Virus record (IMG/VR): IMGVR_UViG_3300048586_000912
Location: 1-58,246 of that record
Reading direction: 5' to 3' (one strand)
Source of the DNA: a virus
Taxonomy: Duplodnaviria > Caudoviricetes
DNA: 58,246 bases
Shown here in pieces: positions 37,717-46,252 of the stretch (position 1 is the first letter of the stretch; each line of letters begins with the position of its first letter). Position numbers and translations under genes: made by a program. Under the pieces are notes generated by a model. The model did no database searches and was not told the origin of the DNA. It saw only the letters and a program-made list of their open reading frames with translations.

Positions 37717-38969
37717 GCCGCCGCTCCCATGGGATGGCTCGCGCGCGCGGGCGGCGCGAGCATATCGTTGAAGTCCTTGCCAGCCGGCGCCCAGATGGTG
37801 CGCACCAGGCGGCCGGGGGCGGCGTGGCGGGCCTCGGCGCGCCGCATTGCCATCTGCGTCAGGAACGGTTCCGAATCCCCGTCGCCGAGCAGCAGCAGCT
37901 CGCGCACGCTGTCCTCCACCGGCATGGCGAGGCTCTCGAAATCGGGCGTCGGGCCGGGCACGCGCACCTGCATCAGGCGGCCGGCCTTGTCCGGGCGGCG
38001 CAGGGTCGGGTGCACGATGGTCTCGGCCGCCTTGCCGGCGAGATTGCCCAGGTCGATGCCGGCGGCGAACACGTCGCCGGGCTCATCGGCGCCGAGGCGC
38101 CGCAGCGCCGTCCACACCGAGAGCACGGTCTCGATGCCCTCGCCGGCCACCATCCGCGCCGGGCCGGCCTCTGCGGGTTGGCCGGCGGCGCAGAGCCCGG
38201 CCCGCACGAGCAGGATCCGGCCGCCCTGCTTGGAACCGCGCGCCTTGCGCGCCGGCAGCACTTCGCCGGTCTCGGGATCGGCCAGCACCGCCTTGCCGTC
38301 CGCGGCGGCGAGGTCGAGCCAGGTGAAATGCAGGCCGCGGAAATGCCCGTCCGCGCCGGTGATGGCCGCGAGCATGGCCGGCCCGCGATGGATGATGCGC
38401 GGGCGCGTCTCGCCGCGCCCGTCTGCCTCGCGGCCGTGGAAATAGGGCGCGGCAGGCAGGAAGCGCAGCGCCGTGCCGGGCGGCAGCGCGAGCCCGTTGC
38501 GCCGGTCCAGATAGGCCGCGACCATGGGATGGCGCGGCATGGCCTGCCGCCACATGGCATAGAGCGCGCGGCGCTCCTTCTCGCGGAAGAAGGAGGCGGA
38601 CTTCTCGCTCTTCTCCTGCTCTGCCGTGCGCTGCGCCGCGCGCGCGGCGAGCTCCTCCGGCGAGAGGCGGTGCCCCTCCCCCTTCGGCGGCGGCGCTCCG
38701 GTCAGCGTCTCGCAGGCGGCGAGGAAATCGGCGCCGTCGAGATGCATGACGAGGCCGATCACGTCGCCGCCCACGCCGCAGTGCCGGCAGTTCCACAAAT
38801 TCTTGCGCGTGTTAAGCCCGAACCGATCGCTGCCGCCGCACACCGGGCACGGCCCCACCATCTCGGAGCCCGCCTTGCGCAGCCGAATGCCGCGCCGCCC
38901 CACCTCCTGCGCCACGGAGTTGGCGCGGGCCTCGGACACCCAATCGGCGAAGGCGAGGTCGCGGGTCAT
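37713..38969 (-). CDS. DNA primase (Zn-binding + Toprim)
   Basis: GPCPVCGGSDRF..WNCRHC, GEGIET, GDGD, DFND. Confidence 0.88.
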   Translation of the reverse strand: MTRDLAFADWVSEARANSVAQEVGRRGIRLRKAGSEMVGPCPVCGGSDRFGLNTRKNLWNCRHCGVGGDVIGLVMHLDGADFLAACETLTGAPPPKGEGHRLSPEELAARAAQRTAEQEKSEKSASFFREKERRALYAMWRQAMPRHPMVAAYLDRRNGLALPPGTALRFLPAAPYFHGREADGRGETRPRIIHRGPAMLAAITGADGHFRGLHFTWLDLAAADGKAVLADPETGEVLPARKARGSKQGGRILLVRAGLCAAGQPAEAGPARMVAGEGIETVLSVWTALRRLGADEPGDVFAAGIDLGNLAGKAAETIVHPTLRRPDKAGRLMQVRVPGPTPDFESLAMPVEDSVRELLLLGDGDSEPFLTQMAMRRAEARHAAPGRLVRTIWAPAGKDFNDMLAPPARASHPMGAAA

Positions 38970-39376
38970 GGCACCGCCTCGCAGACCGGCCGGTTGGCAA
39001 TCTCCAGCAGCACGTCGGCATGGCAGGGCGCGCCGCGGGCGCACCAGCAGGCAAGGTTCTTGCCAGCGAGGAAGCGACGGATGCTGCGCTGGTTGACGTG
39101 GATGAGATCGTCGTAGCCGCCCGAGACTTCGATCACGTCATCATTGGTGCACAGGTAAGTAGTCCGGTTGGGGTCCCAATCAACAGCATTGCGGAACGCC
39201 TCAACGCAGTCTTCAGCAGTCAGGCAGGGCCTATACTCATTTGTTGACCGATCCAGCATCTTTTCGCCGACGCGCCAAGAATTGCCCCAACGGGTCGACC
39301 GGTCGACCTTCACCGTGTTCTCCGGCATGCGCCAGCCCTTGGCGCGGGAAAGCTGGATGCGGCGGGGGGCGTCCAT
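38966..39376 (-). CDS. DUF4326-like protein
   Basis: RIQLSRAKGWRMP, RWGN, KNLACWC, CHADVL. Confidence 0.85.
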   Translation of the reverse strand: MDAPRRIQLSRAKGWRMPENTVKVDRSTRWGNSWRVGEKMLDRSTNEYRPCLTAEDCVEAFRNAVDWDPNRTTYLCTNDDVIEVSGGYDDLIHVNQRSIRRFLAGKNLACWCARGAPCHADVLLEIANRPVCEAVP

Positions 39377-39379
39377 GGC

Positions 39380-40072
39380 TCAGGCGGCCTTGTCGCCGGC
39401 GGGCGCCAGCAGGCGCGCGGCGAGGCGGCGGGCGTCGGCCAGCGCCTTTCCGGCGTCGTCCAGCCGCTCAACGGCTTCGACGACGTCGCGGGTCGCCTCC
39501 TTCACCGCCGCCTTGGCGCGGCCAAGCTCCGCCTCCAGCACGCCGAGGGTCTGCGCCAGATCCTCCCGCGTGGTGTCCACCACCAGCGGGCCGAAATCAC
39601 GCTCGCGGCGCTCGCGCACCACGGCGAGCGCGAGGCCCGTTTCCTTCGCCAGGCGCTCGTCGCTCCAGCCCTCGCGATAGCGCCTGGCGGCGCGGTCATA
39701 GGCATCATCGAGCCGCATATAGAGGTCGACGATGGCGCTGGAGGCCGGGGCGCTGGGCGCCTGGTTTTCATTGGCAGCCGCGACCTTCGGGGCGGGCTTC
39801 GCCTTCGTCTCTTCTTTCATCGGCGGCTCCTTCGGCGGGCGGGCCTTGCGTGAATCAGCCAGGGTGCAGGCGGGGCACAGATGCTTGCCCACCCCGCGCA
39901 CGCTCCAGCCGCGCTGGGCGAACTTGAGGGCCGCGGTGTGCGGCGGCAGGCGGCCGTCATGGGCGGAGATGGCGTCGGTCGCCGGGCAGCGGCTGCAGGC
40001 GATCTCCTGCACCGGGCGCGGCGGCAGCCTCTTGCCGGCGGCCCGGCTGACGACCGGGAATTCGTCCTGCAT
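39380..40072 (-). CDS. Hypothetical Zn-finger protein
   Basis: CSRC and CPAC; WSDERLA...RERDFG. Confidence 0.7.
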   Translation of the reverse strand: MQDEFPVVSRAAGKRLPPRPVQEIACSRCPATDAISAHDGRLPPHTAALKFAQRGWSVRGVGKHLCPACTLADSRKARPPKEPPMKEETKAKPAPKVAAANENQAPSAPASSAIVDLYMRLDDAYDRAARRYREGWSDERLAKETGLALAVVRERRERDFGPLVVDTTREDLAQTLGVLEAELGRAKAAVKEATRDVVEAVERLDDAGKALADARRLAARLLAPAGDKAA

Positions 40073-40293
40073 CAGCCCGGCTCCCGTTCCGCGCCGCGCA
40101 CGTCCGGCGGCGGGGCGCCGTGGGCGCGCACCAGGGCCACCAGAAGCGCGGCGCTGCCCTTCACGGCGGCGCGGGCATGGTGCCGGTCGGCCCCCTCGAC
40201 GACGCCGGGGCGCGCCTCGCGCACCTCCAGCGTGCGCCGTCCCGGCTCGCGCCGGCCGAGCTGGCGGTGCATGGGGGCGGACACCTTGCCCAT
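40072..40293 (-). CDS. Hypothetical protein
   Basis: Tightly packed, coupled ORF. Confidence 0.5.
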   Translation of the reverse strand: MGKVSAPMHRQLGRREPGRRTLEVREARPGVVEGADRHHARAAVKGSAALLVALVRAHGAPPPDVRGAEREPG

Positions 40294-40296
40294 GGC

Positions 40297-40800
40297 TCAG
40301 ACCACGCGCAGCGGCTTGGCGGCGCAGGAAGGGCCGGCGGCGCGCACCGCGGCGAGGCCGGCGCGGAAGCCGCGCACGCCCTCCTCCATGGTGGACGCCG
40401 CGCGGTCGAGCGCCTCCGCCTCGGCGGGCGTGATGGTGCCGTCCTCCAGCGCCGAGGCCATGTGGATGGAAAGCTCGCCCTGCGCCCGCAGCAGAGCCGA
40501 ATGGCGCGCATTGATGGAAGCGGCCGAATTCATGGCCGCCTCATCGGTCAGGCGGCGCCCGTGCGCCTCGGCCATCACGGTGGTGACCAGCGGCAGGCCG
40601 CAGTCCGCCTCCAGCGCATAAGCGGAGGCGAGGTCGATCACCTCCGGGTGGCTCGCGTGCTGCCAGCGCGAGACCTCGGTCTTCGAATGGGCGCAGATCT
40701 CGCCGGCGCGCACCACGCCGCCGCAATGGCGCACGAGGTCGCGCGTCACGGCCTTGATGCGCAGAAGGAACGGATCGGAAAGGGCGTTCGGCTCGCTCAT
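40297..40800 (-). CDS. Phage regulatory CII-like protein
   Basis: IKAVTRDLV..CGG, LEADCG.P.VT, ALEDG.ITPAEA. Confidence 0.75.
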   Translation of the reverse strand: MSEPNALSDPFLLRIKAVTRDLVRHCGGVVRAGEICAHSKTEVSRWQHASHPEVIDLASAYALEADCGLPLVTTVMAEAHGRRLTDEAAMNSAASINARHSALLRAQGELSIHMASALEDGTITPAEAEALDRAASTMEEGVRGFRAGLAAVRAAGPSCAAKPLRVV

Positions 40801-40830
40801 GGCTGCTGCCTCGTGGTGTCAAGCGAAAAC

Positions 40831-40869
40831 GCGTTTCCCGGTCCGGGAAAACGCAGTGCGTTTTCCCGG
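40831..40869. promoter_or_regulatory. Overlapping palindromes upstream of the cII-like gene
   Basis: CCGGGAAAACGC-AGT-GCGTTTTCCCGG (40843-40869) plus an alternative arm GCGTTTCCCGG. Confidence 0.55.
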
Positions 40870-40911
40870 TGTGGGAAGGCTTCGAAGGTGGTTCAGTGGT
40901 GCGCGTTCAGG

Positions 40912-41487
40912 TCACGGCGGCGGGCGTTCCCTCCGCGGCACGATCGGTTCGGGATGCAAGCTGGACGGGAGGTCGGGATGGTCGAGCGGGTGGGGCTCAA
41001 CGTGGGGCAGGCCGGCTACCAGGCCTGCCTCCTGGTGGTGATCGCCAAGATGGCCCGGCGCATCGCCACCCACGATTCCGGCGGCCACGCCTTCCTCGGC
41101 TTCGTGCGGCACCACCTCATCGCCGGCGCCGCCGCCCAGCACCAGGCGGATGCGCCCATCCAGGCCGAGTTCCAGCTTCTCGCCGACCTCGTCCGCGACG
41201 CGGCGCGCGAGCCAGGGCCCGAGCGCCTCCGACGGCAAGGTGGCGGCGCCGATCAGAAGGGCGCGCGTGTGCAGCCGCGCCGCCGTGACGATGTCGAGAA
41301 GCAGTGAGGCGTCCACATGCTCCAGCATGAGATCGAGCGGCACGTGCAGCACCAAGGCGCCCTCGCGCACCTCGAAGCGGGCGACGGCGGCAAGGTCCGC
41401 CAATTCGACGAGCGCGAAGTCGCGCTCCGCCTGCGAGAGGGAGGTGCCGAGCCGCGGCCGCTCCGAGATGTTGCGCACCGCGCTCAT
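40912..41487 (-). CDS. Hypothetical protein, 3' part overlapping a plus-strand ORF
   Basis: GAGGA SD and ATGA coupling. Confidence 0.5.
   Translation of the reverse strand: MSAVRNISERPRLGTSLSQAERDFALVELADLAAVARFEVREGALVLHVPLDLMLEHVDASLLLDIVTAARLHTRALLIGAATLPSEALGPWLARRVADEVGEKLELGLDGRIRLVLGGGAGDEVVPHEAEEGVAAGIVGGDAPGHLGDHHQEAGLVAGLPHVEPHPLDHPDLPSSLHPEPIVPRRERPPP
40978..41307 (+). CDS. Antisense hypothetical protein
   Basis: GGAGG SD before ATG 40978. Confidence 0.4.
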   Translation: MVERVGLNVGQAGYQACLLVVIAKMARRIATHDSGGHAFLGFVRHHLIAGAAAQHQADAPIQAEFQLLADLVRDAAREPGPERLRRQGGGADQKGARVQPRRRDDVEKQ

Positions 41488-41840
41488 GCCGATTCCTCGC
41501 AAGGCAGGCCAACCTTGAACACCGGCTGGAAGGAGAAGAACCCATGACCAAGGCGACGGACGACGAATTGCGGGGGCGGCTCATGGCCCTCGAGACCATC
41601 GTGGTGACGCTGGCGGCGCACATGGCCGCCCACACCTCCGATCCCGTGCTCTTCACCGCACAGGTGATGGACGATGTGGAACGCGCGCTGCGCAACGCCG
41701 AGGAGACGGCGCCGAAAGGAATGGAGAAGACGGCGCGCTACGCCGTCGCCAGCTTCGAGGCGCTCTCCGCCGGGATGCTGGCCCACCTGAACCGCTACGC
41801 GGTCCCGCAAGGCAAGGGCTGACCAGAGAAATCGGCTCAT
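41484..41840 (-). CDS. Bridging ORF antisense to 41544-41822
   Basis: GGAGG SD; ATGA overlaps at both ends. Confidence 0.35.
   Translation of the reverse strand: MSRFLWSALALRDRVAVQVGQHPGGERLEAGDGVARRLLHSFRRRLLGVAQRAFHIVHHLCGEEHGIGGVGGHVRRQRHHDGLEGHEPPPQFVVRRLGHGFFSFQPVFKVGLPCEESA
41544..41822 (+). CDS. Antisense small helical protein
   Basis: AGGAG SD; normal codon usage; protein-like sequence. Confidence 0.75.
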   Translation: MTKATDDELRGRLMALETIVVTLAAHMAAHTSDPVLFTAQVMDDVERALRNAEETAPKGMEKTARYAVASFEALSAGMLAHLNRYAVPQGKG

Positions 41841-42253
41841 GCCGCCTCCTCCCGCGCGGCCGCGGCGAAGTCCGCGAGCCAGCGTTTGACGAAGCGGCGG
41901 ACGTACCAATCTTCGGGCGACATGCCCCCGAGATCGTGAAGGGACAGATCATGAAGACCGGTCAGACGCTTGAGGACCTCGAAATCAAGCTGCAGGGCAA
42001 GCTCCTCGCCCTTGAGCTGGTGCTCATCCAGATCCTGCGCACCGTGCCCGAAGCCGACAAAAGGCTCGGCATGGCGCTGCGCGCGCTGGGCGAAAACAGC
42101 GAGGATGTCACGGCGCTCCAGGCGGCGCATGACCACGAAAAGCTTGCGCCCCATATCCGCGAAGCGGCGTTCTGGCACATCGAGGAGATGGCCCGCGCCT
42201 TCGACGACATGGACGACCTCGATCCCGGGCTCGATGACGTTTGACGCGCTCAT
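41837..42253 (-). CDS. Bridging ORF antisense to 41951-42244
   Basis: Coupled to the cro stop (GGAGGCTGCATGA); ends EEAA with an ATGA overlap. Confidence 0.4.
   Translation of the reverse strand: MSASNVIEPGIEVVHVVEGAGHLLDVPERRFADMGRKLFVVMRRLERRDILAVFAQRAQRHAEPFVGFGHGAQDLDEHQLKGEELALQLDFEVLKRLTGLHDLSLHDLGGMSPEDWYVRRFVKRWLADFAAAAREEAA
41951..42244 (+). CDS. Antisense small acidic helical protein
   Basis: MKTGQTLEDLEIKLQG...; protein-like sequence. Confidence 0.7.
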   Translation: MKTGQTLEDLEIKLQGKLLALELVLIQILRTVPEADKRLGMALRALGENSEDVTALQAAHDHEKLAPHIREAAFWHIEEMARAFDDMDDLDPGLDDV

Positions 42254-42540
42254 GCAGCCTCCTCTCGCGCCGTCGGGGCGTCGTCATTGGCGGGCTTGGG
42301 CGGCAAAGGGCGCGGTTCGGGGCGGGGAATGTCGCCGGGCCAGTCGGCGCCGTCAGGCCAATTGGCAGAGAACCATTCCAGGGCGCGGCCGAGCCGCCGG
42401 GCGCCGATCTCGCTGCCACCCCGCAAGGCGGCCAGCCGCTTCCCATCGGTGAAGCAACGCGACGAAACGGTCGCCTCGGCGAGGCCGGTGGCGGCGCAAT
42501 AGCGCTCTGCGAGACGCAGGAGTTGGGCAATGGCATCCAT
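42250..42540 (-). CDS. Cro-like protein
   Basis: Divergent from cI; TVSSRCFTDGKRL, WFSANWP....WP. Confidence 0.8.
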   Translation of the reverse strand: MDAIAQLLRLAERYCAATGLAEATVSSRCFTDGKRLAALRGGSEIGARRLGRALEWFSANWPDGADWPGDIPRPEPRPLPPKPANDDAPTAREEAA

Positions 42541-42549
42541 GACGATGGC

Positions 42550-42609
42550 ACAATGCGGTACATATACCGCACCTGTCAAGCACCCGGACTACGACGGTAC
42601 ATTTACCGC
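42550..42609. promoter_or_regulatory. OR-like operators and pR promoter
   Basis: GCGGTACATATACCGC 42555-42570 and ACGGTACATTTACCGC 42594-42609; minus-strand TTGACA-18-CATTGT. Confidence 0.85.
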
Positions 42610-42646
42610 TAAAGCCCCCGCTCTGGCGCGGTCATATTCCCACGCC

Positions 42647-43408
42647 ATGAATGCCGCCGACCTCCTGTCCCGCATTGATCGCCGCCTGCTGGCGCTCGGG
42701 TTGTCCGAGCGCGCGGCGAGCCTGAAGGCGCGCAACAAGCCGGACATCATCCGCAACATCCGGCGCGCGGTCGAGAAGTCCGAGCCTTATGACCCCCGCT
42801 CCGGCACCATCGAGGCGCTGGCCCCGGTGCTCCGCACCACCACGGAGTGGCTCGTGCACGGGACGGGGCCGGAGGAGATTTCCGGCGCCGAGGCCGCAAG
42901 GGGCGTGCTCCAGATCGCCGAGCGCCGCGCCCGCAAGGCAGCGCGCGGCGCGGCAGATGCTCATGCAATTCGCGAGATCGAGATCCACGCCGGCATGGGC
43001 GGCGGCGGCGTGCCCGCGCGCGAGATGGCGCAGATCGTCGGCCGCGAAAGCTACGCGGCCGACGCCGTCCGCGGCTATTGGGTGTTTCCCGACCACGCGT
43101 TGCGCGCGCTCGGCCTTGATCCGAGCTTTGCGGATATCGTGCCGGGTGTCGGCGATTCCATGGAGCCGGACATCCGCAGCGGCGACTGGTGCGTGATTGA
43201 TCGGCGCCATCGCGTGCCCTCGCCGGATGGCATCTATGCGCTTTGGGATGGCTTCAGCGTCGTGTTCAAGTCGCTGCAACTGATCCCCAACAGCGACCCA
43301 GTGAGCGTACGGATCATCTCCAAAAACACCGCCTATGAGAGCTACGAGCGCGCGCTTGAAGAGGTGGCCGTGATCGGCCGCGTGGTCAGCCTGGTTCGGG
43401 CGCTCTAG
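42647..43408 (+). CDS. CI-like repressor (HTH + S24 peptidase)
   Basis: HAGMG cleavage site, GDSMEP catalytic Ser, VFKSL Lys. Confidence 0.92.
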   Translation: MNAADLLSRIDRRLLALGLSERAASLKARNKPDIIRNIRRAVEKSEPYDPRSGTIEALAPVLRTTTEWLVHGTGPEEISGAEAARGVLQIAERRARKAARGAADAHAIREIEIHAGMGGGGVPAREMAQIVGRESYAADAVRGYWVFPDHALRALGLDPSFADIVPGVGDSMEPDIRSGDWCVIDRRHRVPSPDGIYALWDGFSVVFKSLQLIPNSDPVSVRIISKNTAYESYERALEEVAVIGRVVSLVRAL

Positions 43409-44255
43409 GCGGCAGGCAGGCGCGCAGCCGCGCCGCCCTTCCTTCCTCCAGGCGCGTCTTGGCGCCATCCGCCAGCATCAGCGCATCCATTGTGGCGATG
43501 AACCGCGCCGCCTCCGCACGCCCCATGCGGCCGATGGCCGTGCGCGTGTCGGCGAAGATCGGCCTTTCATTGCGAATCCATATCCGCGCCGCCTCTCGGC
43601 TCCAGGCCTGCGGCCCCTGCCGGCCGGCAGCTGCACGAAACGCCACCCAATCCAGCAGGACCTCGATCTCGCTTTCTGACATCTCGCCATCGGCGGCCGC
43701 CAGCCAGATGAGCCCGCGCAGGCCGCCGCGCGCGCGTTCCATCACCCGTTCGTGCGTCTTGGGTATCGAAAGGCCGGCATAAGGATCGGGCGGCGCGGGC
43801 CAGCCTAAAATTTCGTCCCGCCGCGCCACTGAAACTCCTGGATAGGCCGCGAAATATGCCGCTGCCGCAGCGACGGCGCGGCCGGAGGGCAGTTCGGAGA
43901 GCCTCAACATTCGGTCGGCGCGAAACGTTCTTTCCTCATGCCGCAAGCCGCAATAGGCCGTCACATAGAGGATGCCGGTATAGGCTTCTCTCTGCACGGA
44001 CAGGACACGGATGCTGCGCGAGGTTACTTCGCCGAGAGCGTCGGCATACTCGATCCAGTGCGTAAACCCCGCGCGCGGCGGCGGGCGGGCCGGCGATACC
44101 ATTCGGGCGTCTTGCCGCGGTTCGCGCCGCTCCTCTCGCCGGGGCCGCTCGGGCTCGAACGGCAGCGCCTCGTGTGATCGCGCACGCTTTGGCCGCCATC
44201 GCCATGCGGCGACCGCGACGCCGACGACGATAGCCGCGAAGAGCAGAAACTCCAT
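43386..44255 (-). CDS. Membrane-anchored WYL-like + TerB-like protein
   Basis: N-terminal TM; IEYADALGEVTSR...AYCGLRHEERTFRADRM; LAAADGEMSESE and LADG. Confidence 0.75.
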   Translation of the reverse strand: MEFLLFAAIVVGVAVAAWRWRPKRARSHEALPFEPERPRREERREPRQDARMVSPARPPPRAGFTHWIEYADALGEVTSRSIRVLSVQREAYTGILYVTAYCGLRHEERTFRADRMLRLSELPSGRAVAAAAAYFAAYPGVSVARRDEILGWPAPPDPYAGLSIPKTHERVMERARGGLRGLIWLAAADGEMSESEIEVLLDWVAFRAAAGRQGPQAWSREAARIWIRNERPIFADTRTAIGRMGRAEAARFIATMDALMLADGAKTRLEEGRAARLRACLPPRAPEPG

Positions 44256-44257
44256 GA

Positions 44258-44674
44258 TCAGCGCCGCCGGGACGGAACCTCGGATTTGATCTTCGCCCAG
44301 TCCGAATCGGCTGGAGTATCCACCGCTCGCGCAGGAGGTGGCGGCGGCGGCGCTGGGCTGGCGATGGGGGCCTTGACGCTGGCATTCACCCGCGCGACGG
44401 CGGAAGCCACGTCCTTCAAGCCGCACTCGATATTGAACCCGACATAGATGATGGACGCGGAAACCAGCGCCGCCAGATAGAGAACCGCGCTCAGGATCTG
44501 ATGGATGACCGTCGGGCCGAAGAAGGTCAGGCCTGCGGCGACCAGCAGCACGATGGACACCGCTATCGAAATGGCGCTGCGCGCCATGATCGAGAGGATG
44601 AACGGCGCAGCGGCGGCGAGAGCCGCGATGACAAAGAGAAGCTGCCCAAAAACCGCCGCGCCGGGTGTTCCCAT
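44258..44674 (-). CDS. Three-TM membrane protein
   Basis: Hydrophobic helices and Pro-rich tail; 2 bp from the WYL-TerB start. Confidence 0.7.
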   Translation of the reverse strand: MGTPGAAVFGQLLFVIAALAAAAPFILSIMARSAISIAVSIVLLVAAGLTFFGPTVIHQILSAVLYLAALVSASIIYVGFNIECGLKDVASAVARVNASVKAPIASPAPPPPPPARAVDTPADSDWAKIKSEVPSRRR

Positions 44675-44748
44675 CTGCCCCTCCAGATGATGGACGACAT
44701 GAAGACACGCAGCGATTGCGCGCGCAACTGAGGAACGCCGCTCGATAT

Positions 44749-44802
44749 GCGGTATTTGTCCCGCATATTGACTTGACGCGGTACATATACCGCGTCTAAG
44801 GT
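44749..44802 (+). promoter_or_regulatory. OL-like operators and pL promoter
   Basis: GCGGTATTTGTCCCGC 44749-44764 and GCGGTACATATACCGC 44778-44793; TTGACG-18-TAAGGT. Confidence 0.85.
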
Positions 44803-44830
44803 TCGCCCATCACACCCGATGGGGACACCA

Positions 44831-45229
44831 ATGCAGCTTCCCAACCAGATCACCGACGCCGAGGCCGCCGGCCTCATGGCGATCCTCGCGCCGCTCAAGC
44901 CCCGGCTCGCCGATCTTGAAGGCAACATCGACAACATCGAGGACGCGGCCCGCGTGCTGGCGGACCTCACCGCCGCATCGAACCAGGCGGAGACGCTGCG
45001 CGACGCCATCGACGCCGACACGCACGGCGCCGAGCACGCGCAGGCCGAGGACCTTGCGGCGCACCAGGAGGGGCTCCTTTCCGAGGAGCAGACCGCAGCC
45101 GCCCTCCACGCTTTGCATGCGCTGCGCGCGCTGGAGGCGCTGAAGACCGAGGTGGACGCCGCCCTTGCCGCCTTCCGCGCCGCGCTCGCCGCCGCCGCGG
45201 CTGCCGAGCAGACCAAGGACGCCGCGTGA
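44831..45229 (+). CDS. Hypothetical helical protein
   Basis: First ORF after pL. Confidence 0.7.
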   Translation: MQLPNQITDAEAAGLMAILAPLKPRLADLEGNIDNIEDAARVLADLTAASNQAETLRDAIDADTHGAEHAQAEDLAAHQEGLLSEEQTAAALHALHALRALEALKTEVDAALAAFRAALAAAAAAEQTKDAA

Positions 45230-45630
45230 TGGCGCCGGTCTATCCCACCTTCGCGGCGCGGGACGTGGTGCGCTGCATCCACCCCACGGGGTTGCTGGTG
45301 AAGGGCCAGATCTACCTCGTCTCGGGCGTGGAGCCGGCCGAGGATGCCCTGGCTGCCGCGCGCGGCGAGGGGCCCTATGTGCACCTCGACCGCATCAGCG
45401 GCAGCTTCATCGCCCAGCGCTTCGTGCTGGTGGCGCGCGGCCCCGCGAACGACGACGAGGCCGTCGACATCCCCCGCCGCATGGCGGACGTGATGCGCGA
45501 GCGCGTGGCCCTGGCGGGCTCCTGCGACGCGCACGATTTGGCCCGCGCCGGATTCACCGCCGCGCAGATCCTCGAATATGCCGACGAGGCCCGCGGCATC
45601 GCCGGCCCGCCTCCCGCCGAGGTGGCGTGA
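45229..45630 (+). CDS. Hypothetical protein
   Basis: TGATG-coupled. Confidence 0.7.
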   Translation: MAPVYPTFAARDVVRCIHPTGLLVKGQIYLVSGVEPAEDALAAARGEGPYVHLDRISGSFIAQRFVLVARGPANDDEAVDIPRRMADVMRERVALAGSCDAHDLARAGFTAAQILEYADEARGIAGPPPAEVA

Positions 45631-45947
45631 TGCAGCGGGTGTCGTTCCCCCTCATCGGCCACGCGCTCGCAGCGATGGCGGCCGGCGCCGTCCGCGCCAT
45701 GGGCACGCCCGAACTCAAGGCCAAGGCGGAGGCGCTCGCCGCCGCCCAGGCCCGCCTCGCGCTCCAGGTGCCGCGCGGCCGCAAGGGCACCGTCCTGCGC
45801 CGCGCGGCGTACCGCGACCGCTCCCGCTACAGCGGCGCCATTCTCCGCGCCATCCGCGCCGAGCGCGGATGCGGTCGCCCGCCCAAGGTGCTTGCTGCCC
45901 GCCGGGCCAAGATCGCGGCGGCGCGCCAGATGACCGAGGCGGCGTGA
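45630..45947 (+). CDS. Hypothetical basic protein
   Basis: TGATG-coupled; MQRVSFPLIG... Confidence 0.6.
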   Translation: MQRVSFPLIGHALAAMAAGAVRAMGTPELKAKAEALAAAQARLALQVPRGRKGTVLRRAAYRDRSRYSGAILRAIRAERGCGRPPKVLAARRAKIAAARQMTEAA

Positions 45948-46249
45948 TGGTCCGCACCCTTGGCCTCCGCCTCACCAACCCCTTCCGGCGCTACTGCCCC
46001 CCGGCGCCGGGACATGCGGAGCCGCGGATGCCGCGCGCGCCCGAGCAGGTCGCGCGGCGCGCGGCCGTTGCGAACGGCGCCACGAACATCTGCGGCTCCG
46101 CGCCTTCCCCCTACCCCACCGATCCGGCGGCGGCCTTCGTGCAGCAGTGCGCCCTTGGGGCCGTGCACATCGGCGCCGGTGTCGGCCTGCTGTGGCTCGC
46201 CGGCGCCGCCGCCCTATTCCAGGCCACGCGCGAGATGATGGAGGTGTGA
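45947..46249 (+). CDS. Hypothetical protein containing an in-frame repeat element
   Basis: TGATG-coupled; APEQVARRAAVANGA. Confidence 0.55.
   Translation: MVRTLGLRLTNPFRRYCPPAPGHAEPRMPRAPEQVARRAAVANGATNICGSAPSPYPTDPAAAFVQQCALGAVHIGAGVGLLWLAGAAALFQATREMMEV
46040..46081 (+). repeat. CCCGAGCAG-hairpin-GCGAA element
   Basis: CCCGAGCA GGTCGCGC GGC GCGCGGCC GTTGCGAACGGCGCC. Confidence 0.85.
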
Positions 46250-46252
46250 CCC

